Source of the DNA: Acidimicrobiaceae bacterium
GTDB lineage: Bacteria; Actinomycetota; Acidimicrobiia; Acidimicrobiales; Aldehydirespiratoraceae
Direction of reading: 5' to 3'
Assembly (NCBI GenBank): GCA_009837445.1
Contig: VXTM01000036.1
Coordinates: 5,092 to 69,091, forward strand
DNA: 64,000 nucleotides
The translations under genes were made by a program, and so were the position numbers. Below are positions 58,035 through 64,000 of this stretch, piece by piece. The notes below the pieces were generated by a model. It was not told the DNA's origin. It made no database searches and worked only from the letters and a program-made list of their open reading frames with translations. Each line of letters starts with the position of its first letter. Position 1 is the first letter of the stretch.

Positions 58035-58255
58035 GTCGACCGAGAAGGTCGGCAACGGCCCGACGCTCCCCGGCATCGCGTGAGAAGCCGATAGGAGCGC
58101 AGAGCGGCCCTATCGGCCTAGAGGACTAGCGCCGGAGCGTCAACCGGTGAGTTGAAGTCGCCGCTAGTGTGCGAGACGAAGCCCCGCCGGTGTCCCGCGG
58201 GTATTGCTGCCTTCAGGTGGTGCGAGCTGCGGATGGACAACATCGGCGGGGTTTC
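58035..58255 (+). other. non-coding block of four consecutive stem-loops (candidate ncRNA or ssDNA signal)
   Basis: GTCGACC/GGTCGGC; GCCGATAGG/CCTATCGGC; ACTAGCG/CGCTAGT; GAAGCCCCGCCGGTGTCC/GGACAACATCGGCGGGGTTTC. Confidence 0.5.
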
Positions 58256-58320
58256 CTATGAATGCAGACAAACATGAACAGTTACCACACTTGTATTCCG
58301 TTTCGAGCTAAAACACGTGG

Positions 58321-58710
58321 ATGCTCGCCTCCGTCTTCGCGGCCACCGTAGACAATCTCCAGACGTTCGCACTCATGGCCGCGACACGCACGGCACGAGT
58401 GATAGAGACGTTCAATGAGGCATCATTCAATACGGCAGCGGCTCAATTCTTCGGCAGGGGATTGGGCAAGCTGCTACAGAGGGCTGGGTATTTGGCGGGC
58501 ATATTGGTGGCGTTTTGGGGTGTCGGTAAAGCTGTCGGCAAGGGCTTTGGACGAGAAGGTGGAGGAATTGGAGCGTTCCTCAAGGCATTGCTTGTGCCGC
58601 TCCTGATAGCCGCGCTGGTGTTCAACTTGGAATGGGTTGTCGACTTCATCTGGTGGGCAATCAAGGGCGTTGGTGCCCTGTTCAATGAGGTCGCGGAGGT
58701 CTTCAGGTAG
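58321..58710 (+). CDS. small membrane protein (TrbC/VirB2 pilin-like or conjugative TcpD-like architecture)
   Basis: Leader followed by two TM helices joined by a Gly-rich loop; family assignment is a guess. Confidence 0.5.
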   Translation: MLASVFAATVDNLQTFALMAATRTARVIETFNEASFNTAAAQFFGRGLGKLLQRAGYLAGILVAFWGVGKAVGKGFGREGGGIGAFLKALLVPLLIAALVFNLEWVVDFIWWAIKGVGALFNEVAEVFR

Positions 58711-59180
58711 TGGGGAAAGAACCTAAAGCCCATGACACGAATGGAATCACTGTGATCCATCCATCCTCCGATGTTGCTGTTCCTCTTGGGGGAGTCGTGG
58801 GCGTGTTCTGCAAAGAGGCGCGTAGCTGGTATCACCGTCCCGGAGCGCCGTCGTTGGCGATGTTCGCGTCGGCCGTGTTCTTCATGTGCAGGTATGCATA
58901 CGACGACGGGCCAGCAACAGCGACGACCACTCCGGCCGATTGGGTAGCTCTCATAGTTGGCGGACTGTCCCTGGCTGCCGCAGCGATAGTGGCTCTAGCG
59001 ACCATCACCATGACACCAAGAGGGCAAGAACGGGCGCTCCTTGACGTCGCAGAAGACCAGGGGCAGAACAACTCCCAACGGATACATCGCCTTCGCAGGG
59101 TCCGGTTGACGGCTCTTGCAACACAAGCGGCCACATGGCTGATTAGCGTTCCCATCCTGCTGGTCTCAACCGCCATTTAG
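58710..59180 (+). CDS. hypothetical membrane protein
   Basis: About 3 hydrophobic segments; start overlaps the previous stop. Confidence 0.55.
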   Translation: MGKEPKAHDTNGITVIHPSSDVAVPLGGVVGVFCKEARSWYHRPGAPSLAMFASAVFFMCRYAYDDGPATATTTPADWVALIVGGLSLAAAAIVALATITMTPRGQERALLDVAEDQGQNNSQRIHRLRRVRLTALATQAATWLISVPILLVSTAI

Positions 59181-59289
59181 CAGGACGTGATGAGGGCCGA
59201 CCGCACAGGTCGGCAATGGCTGGGGCGGCTAACGCGCACGAGCGGTGCGCGACAGCCGCACGATAAGGGCCCGTGCGGCACCCCAACCC

Positions 59290-59462
59290 CCACAAGTCTC
59301 CAAACCCTCAGCCCACCACCCGCGCCTCCGGCGCAAGCGAACACTGACCTCCCTGCCTCGCAACAGCAGTCCCCGCTCGCAGCCCCCGCACCCCCGAGAA
59401 GGCTTCACGCTCACAGCGCTCCGCACCTGGCGTCAGACCGGAAACACGGAGCCGGGACAGGG
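59290..59462. repeat. dispersed island repeat, copy C
   Basis: Direct repeat of 57756-57933. Confidence 0.9.
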
Positions 59463-59672
59463 ACGGCAACAAGAAACCCGGCGCACAGGGCTTGGCAGCA
59501 GTGGCCGCTGACTGGCTCAGCACATGGGCCTCCGGCGGGCCAGCACAAGCCTCCTCAGTGGCGGCGGGTTCCACCGCTTGCGGTTCCAGCACGGGTTCGG
59601 TGCGCGGCCTGGTCTATTGGTGCGTATAGCCTCCCGACCCCAAGACCGACCCAATCACAAGGAATCCTCCTC

Positions 59673-59843
59673 ATGGCCAACAGCATCGACATTAGCCACG
59701 CAATCCACGGAGCGACCGACTCCATCTGCGAACATCTCGCCGCTCTCACCACAGTGACAGCAGCCGCGGCGCTCTTGGCGCACACAGCCCAAGACTCCGA
59801 CACTTGGCAAGACGCCCATGACAGGCTGCGATTTCATGTCTGA
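59673..59843 (+). CDS. small hypothetical protein (56 aa)
   Basis: AAGGA RBS and ATG; MANSIDISHAIHG... Confidence 0.4.
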   Translation: MANSIDISHAIHGATDSICEHLAALTTVTAAAALLAHTAQDSDTWQDAHDRLRFHV

Positions 59844-59924
59844 ACCATGACCAACTGCGCCTCACGAGACGAACTCGTCGCAATCGTCATCGCCCTACTC
59901 GATATCAGCCTATGATGCGCCGCC

Positions 59925-60248
59925 GTGCCGGAGATCAAGCACGGCAAACGCCAAACCTATGTCCACGGGGGGTGCCGCTGCGACGAATGCACGGCAGCCA
60001 ACAACGAGTATCACCGGAAGTACCGAGCCGCGAACAGAGACGCCATCCGAGCCTCCCAGGCTCGCTACGTCGCCCAGCTGAGAGAATCCGAGGACATCCC
60101 TCACGGCACCCGATACGGATACTGCGATTTCGGATGCAGATGCGACAGGTGCCGAGCCGCAAACACCGATTACGCACGGCAACGCCGAGAACAGGCGAAG
60201 ACTGACCCTTCTGCCCCCTCACCTACAGCGCCGCTAGCGGGACGCTAG
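59925..60248 (+). CDS. phage-type protein with two HG..Y..GCRCDxC zinc-binding motifs
   Basis: HGKRQTYVHGGCRCDEC and HGTRYGYCDFGCRCDRC. Confidence 0.75.
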   Translation: MPEIKHGKRQTYVHGGCRCDECTAANNEYHRKYRAANRDAIRASQARYVAQLRESEDIPHGTRYGYCDFGCRCDRCRAANTDYARQRREQAKTDPSAPSPTAPLAGR

Positions 60249-60352
60249 TCGCGACGGCGGATTCCACCGGTCGGGCGCTAGCCGCGCCTACGGTGCCGCA
60301 GCCAGGCGCACTCGCGACAGGCGAAGCGCCCCGAGGTAGGCGAGGAGCCGTC

Positions 60353-61162
60353 ATGTCGGATCCAGACCGCCAGCCACCGGCCGAGAGCATCGCAACCCAA
60401 CTATTGCGCCTTGTCGAAGCCGTTGGAGCGCCATTGGCCGAGTTGGGACGACGCTGGATGATGTGGGCAGAAGACAACCAAGAGACGATCCAGGGCATCT
60501 TGGCGGGTGTCGTAGCATTCAAGGTTTGGGTAATTGACGACATCGCGGCAGAGGACGGCTCTGAGCTGCGGGCGGCTGTGTTCGATCCGGAGATTCTGAG
60601 AACTGTCACCCGGCACGGCTGGTATCCCACAGCAAACATGTCGGCGGGTTGGGTCGCATATCTCGCTGGAGAACTGGAAGACCCTGATGAAGAACGAGTC
60701 GCATCGGCACACCAAGTCTTCATCAACACGTTCAGGGAGGATGCTGACACCATCGAACAGCGGCTAGTGACGCAATTCCCGGATCGGGCGCAGGTCATCT
60801 CTGAGGCGTTCGCTGCTCACCGCCAGGACAAGTTCGGCTTGTCCATTCCCGTTTTTCTTGCCCAGGCAGACGGCATTGCGTGGGCTCGTCTCGGCACGAC
60901 GCTGTTCAGCAGCCAGACGATACAAGAGGCAGCGGGACTAGCTTCAGAGGTTAAGGAGGGCATCCTCCGGGAGCTTTTTCTCGGTCTGATGTGGGAAGAT
61001 TGGCCCGCAGCGCTTTCGGTCGGCAAGCGTTCCGAGAACTTCTCAGGGCTCAACCGACACCAAGTGATGCATGGCGAGGTCTCTGACTACGGCACGGAGG
61101 TCAATAGTCTCCAGGCGATGGCGCTGTTGAACTTCTGTTCGTTCATGCTGGCAAGGCCGTAG
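60353..61162 (+). CDS. hypothetical protein with HEPN-like RxxxxH motif
   Basis: GAGGAG RBS; helical; AQADGI and LNRHQVMHG. Confidence 0.7.
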   Translation: MSDPDRQPPAESIATQLLRLVEAVGAPLAELGRRWMMWAEDNQETIQGILAGVVAFKVWVIDDIAAEDGSELRAAVFDPEILRTVTRHGWYPTANMSAGWVAYLAGELEDPDEERVASAHQVFINTFREDADTIEQRLVTQFPDRAQVISEAFAAHRQDKFGLSIPVFLAQADGIAWARLGTTLFSSQTIQEAAGLASEVKEGILRELFLGLMWEDWPAALSVGKRSENFSGLNRHQVMHGEVSDYGTEVNSLQAMALLNFCSFMLARP

Positions 61163-61211
61163 GCGGTAATGCACCCTTGGTGTCTGCACCGCGTCTAATG
61201 TCGCTGACGTA

Positions 61212-61279
61212 GCCGGGAAGCGCTCAACCCCTTCCCGGCCCTTTTCAGACCGTCAGAGATACCCAACTCTGACGGTCTG
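61212..61279. terminator. two stem-loops between convergent genes
   Basis: GCCGGGAAG/CTTCCCGGC and perfect 13-bp CAGACCGTCAGAG/CTCTGACGGTCTG. Confidence 0.7.
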
Positions 61280-61390
61280 CTATTTCTGGAGCATCGTCGT
61301 GTCTGTCTCCTGCTGCGGCGCTTGATGAGGGCCGACTGTTCAGATCGGCAACTACCTCCCTCCCAAAGCACTTGAGGGCGAGGGCGATCA

Positions 61391-64000
61391 TCACATCCCC
61401 TCAAGCGGTTCCGGGCCGTGGGTCTCGTGCGCTGGCGTCGGATACTGCACGCCCATCATCTCGCGGGCGTTGTCGGTGAGCCTCTCGGGGTCTGCTTCGG
61501 GGTCGTCGGAGGGTGCCCCGCTTGTACCGCTTGTACCGTTTGTACCGCCTAGCCCTAAGGGGGCGGTATTGGGTGTCGATTCCTCTGCATTAGAGGAGTC
61601 CGGGACATCCGGGACGTCCGGTACGGACAGGCGATCACGCACCCAGTAGCGGGTCACCTTTCCGGCAACACGGCTCTGCTCAGGCCGCCACCCCAGGTGC
61701 CGCAACAGCACACCGATGGCCTTGCTAGACGGGAGCCTTGCCCCCTGCGGGAGGCGGCTCCCCAGGCTGTGAGCGACATCGACAGTGGTGACGACGCCGC
61801 CAGTGCCGGTGATCTCTGTGACGATGGTATCGATCAGTGTCTCTAGGAGTTCGTCGCGGCTGCGATGCCGTTCGGCAGCCTCCGCTTGAGCTGGCTTGAA
61901 CTTGTCGGGCAACCAGTGCTGCTCCCCGGCGTCGATGCGCGCCTTCGCTTCGGCCCACAGCTGGACACGGTTGCGGTCCAGCCACAAGGCGACGTTGGCT
62001 CTGCCGATGCTGCTAGTGAACCGGACCGGCAGGAATCGCCGCGCCCCGGTCGGGTCAGCCGGGACGGCGTAGTCGTCGTTGCTGGTGCCCACCAAAACGG
62101 CCACCGGGGGAAAATGCCCTTTGAATTCTTTGTAGGCCATCCGCACGTCCGGTCCCCCTGATGACAGGAGGTTCTTGATTGCCTCTATGTCGGTGCGGGT
62201 CAGCCCCAGCAGCTCAGACGATTCAACGAGGACCTTCCCTTGGGTGGCTTCCACGAACCGCTGCTGCGCTTGGGGGCCGTGATCGAATTTCACGCTGTCG
62301 GAGAACCAGCGGGACCGGTGTTCTGGTGGTAGCAGCCCCTTGACGAACGTGGACTTGCCTATCCCTTGCGGCCCCAGCAGCATCACGAGTTCGTCGTGCT
62401 GTTCTCCGGGGTTTGCTGCTCTCGCGAGAACGCCCAGCAGGATTCCCGCCAACAGCCTCCGCGCGTAGGGGAGGTCGGTGTCTTCGTCGAGCGTGAAGCA
62501 CTCCTCTAGCGCGGTGTCGATCCGAGGCACGTCATCCCACAGGGGCAGGAGGTCTATGAAGTCGGCCAGGAACGCGTCTTCTGTGTGGGAGACATTGTGC
62601 GCCCGCGTGGCCTGGTTCCATCGGGTGCCTGCCCAACTCGCCCGGTAAGCCTTGTCCGGGTTGGATCCCCAGAGGCACTCACGGGCGACGGCTTCGATCA
62701 GACACGCTTGGAGGTTGTCGGTGACAGCGGTCCACATGCCGGTGTGCGGAATGTCGGTCTTGTGGTGTGCGTGGACGAACAGCTCAGGCAGCCCCCCTCT
62801 GCTGTTGAGACGGAGGTCGACGCCTATGTGCGCCAGTTGCGCTCTGAGGGTTCGGCTGTCGGCATCGATGGGGGAGATCTCGTGGTACGACTTCGTGGGC
62901 GTGGGAGCGGTTCCTTGGGCCGCTTGTTTCGCAGCGGTTGCTTTCCGTTGGGCTCGTGCGATGCCGCGGTGATGGGCGGTCCATTCGGCTTCTAGGGTCT
63001 CGTAGGCGACTTTGCACCCCTTGTCGGCGGGGCACCAGCGCTTCCTGCCGGGAAGGCTGGCTCCGCACCATTTGCACCCTTTCTCGTGTTCAGGCAGCGG
63101 CGCCGGCGAGGGGGCGGTCTCCTTCTCGGGTGGGGTCCATCCGCCCGCGATGGCGTCGACCCAGATGCTGCCTAGACCACGGGGACTGGGGCTCCCGCCG
63201 AACGTGCCCCACTTCTTGGCGCATTCCCCTTCGGCGTAGGAGTCGGCGGCTTTGGACCATTGGTCCCAAATGGCGAGCCCTTCCTCGCTGCCGCCGGAGG
63301 CGGTGTGGATGCTCATGCCGGTTTCTACCCAACTCGTGTAGTTGGTCGGATCGACGTGAGTCAGGGCGTCTTCTAGCCAGGCGCAGGGCCACTGGCTGCC
63401 GGTCTGTCCGGTCATCTCGGCGGCCTTCGGGATGTGGCTGTGCGCTGGCTTGATCTTGGCGAGTTCGGCGAGCAGTGGCATCGCGTCAGTCATCGGTGCC
63501 AGAGGGCCGTTGCGTTCCAAGGCATAGCCCTTGGATGGGGGGCTGACGATTAGCGCTCCCGGCCCCTCCTTGATGTCCCATTGCCCTGCGGCTGCCCTGG
63601 CGCACGGCACCACCGCCACCAGCGCGTCGTCGCGTTCAAACAACCAATGCGTCCCCCCGGAAACCGTCTTGTGGGTACGGGTCTCGGGCTGGTGCCGTTC
63701 GGCGAGGCCCGCGGCGAGGTCCGGGTTGTCTATGTCGATCACGAAGATGTTGTCGCAACGGACCGCGATTGCGTTGGTGGGGGCATCAGCGGCACATCCC
63801 TTGATGTCCTGATGGCGACGACCCCACCGCCGCACATCGTCGGGTTGGGTCCACGGGCGGTTGACTTCTCTCCACTTTGTGGTGGTCCCTTTGGCGGTGC
63901 CGCCGCCTTCTTTCGGTCCGCCGATGTGGAACGGAACCACTATCGCGTCGCCGAGTTGCTCTGACAGAGTGGTTGCCTCCGCCAGCAGTTGTGCAGCGGT
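61391..64000 (-). CDS. replication protein: Prim-Pol + PriCT-2 + Zn finger + VapE-type P-loop ATPase (5'-truncated by window edge)
   Basis: VIDID, TVSGGTHWLF, VSPPS (Prim-Pol); YTSWVETGMSIH..WDQWSK (PriCT-2); WDDVPR, GPQGIGKST, GTSN, DPTGARRF (VapE); frame open to 64000. Confidence 0.9.
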   Translation of the reverse strand, partial: TAAQLLAEATTLSEQLGDAIVVPFHIGGPKEGGGTAKGTTTKWREVNRPWTQPDDVRRWGRRHQDIKGCAADAPTNAIAVRCDNIFVIDIDNPDLAAGLAERHQPETRTHKTVSGGTHWLFERDDALVAVVPCARAAAGQWDIKEGPGALIVSPPSKGYALERNGPLAPMTDAMPLLAELAKIKPAHSHIPKAAEMTGQTGSQWPCAWLEDALTHVDPTNYTSWVETGMSIHTASGGSEEGLAIWDQWSKAADSYAEGECAKKWGTFGGSPSPRGLGSIWVDAIAGGWTPPEKETAPSPAPLPEHEKGCKWCGASLPGRKRWCPADKGCKVAYETLEAEWTAHHRGIARAQRKATAAKQAAQGTAPTPTKSYHEISPIDADSRTLRAQLAHIGVDLRLNSRGGLPELFVHAHHKTDIPHTGMWTAVTDNLQACLIEAVARECLWGSNPDKAYRASWAGTRWNQATRAHNVSHTEDAFLADFIDLLPLWDDVPRIDTALEECFTLDEDTDLPYARRLLAGILLGVLARAANPGEQHDELVMLLGPQGIGKSTFVKGLLPPEHRSRWFSDSVKFDHGPQAQQRFVEATQGKVLVESSELLGLTRTDIEAIKNLLSSGGPDVRMAYKEFKGHFPPVAVLVGTSNDDYAVPADPTGARRFLPVRFTSSIGRANVALWLDRNRVQLWAEAKARIDAGEQHWLPDKFKPAQAEAAERHRSRDELLETLIDTIVTEITGTGGVVTTVDVAHSLGSRLPQGARLPSSKAIGVLLRHLGWRPEQSRVAGKVTRYWVRDRLSVPDVPDVPDSSNAEESTPNTAPLGLGGTNGTSGTSGAPSDDPEADPERLTDNAREMMGVQYPTPAHETHGPEPLEGM
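61518..61627. repeat. two opposed arrays of 9-bp repeats (iteron-like, candidate ori)
   Basis: (CCGCTTGTA)x3 at 61518-61548 and (TCCGGGAC[A/G])x3 at 61599-61627 around a TCCTCT/AGAGGA hairpin. Confidence 0.65.

Larger units (their letters stand above)
49075..64000. mobile_element. integrated element/genomic island at tRNA-Val (phage-satellite/ICE-like, probably composite; continues beyond window)
   Basis: Starts immediately after the tRNA; visibly lower GC and coding density; recombinase-like, transposase-like, phage-type, defence and primase genes. Confidence 0.85.

Noticed and set aside
54229-59462. Repeats as a CRISPR array
   Set aside because: Copies are kilobases apart, separated by genes, and no cas genes are present
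53086-64000. Complete prophage
   Set aside because: No terminase, capsid, tail or lysis genes are visible in the window

Overview
High-GC actinobacterial chromosome segment; the gene content and SLH-domain proteins suggest Acidimicrobiia (inference). 1-11 kb: housekeeping genes (rbfA, truB, ribF, ribA, M1 aminopeptidase, ABC-2 exporter, PfkB kinase, TetR, crotonase). 11-29 kb: a LacI-controlled inositol/cyclitol catabolic operon (iolE, ABC transporter with an oversized permease, iolC, iolD, iolG, iolB, extra dehydrogenases, a MocD-MocE-type desaturase-Rieske fusion, a LacD-type aldolase). 29-49 kb: upp, SLH-M16 peptidase, add, DEAD-box helicase, SAM-I/IV riboswitch with metX and a transsulfuration enzyme, then a tRNA-Gly/Cys/Val cluster split by inserted genes (GcvT-like, DUF418, ArsR+permease, serpin lipoprotein). 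From tRNA-Val (49074) to the window end lies a less GC-rich integrated element. It starts with a three-gene module: a tyrosine-recombinase-fold protein apparently lacking the catalytic Tyr, translationally coupled to a 643-aa DDE transposase-like protein, plus a divergent XRE regulator. This module is the best candidate for an undescribed system. It is followed by small cargo/defence genes (AbiTii, HEPN-like) interspersed with three copies of a non-coding repeat, a structured non-coding block, and a Prim-Pol/PriCT-2/VapE primase with iteron-like arrays. All calls are by eye from motifs; no searches were run.
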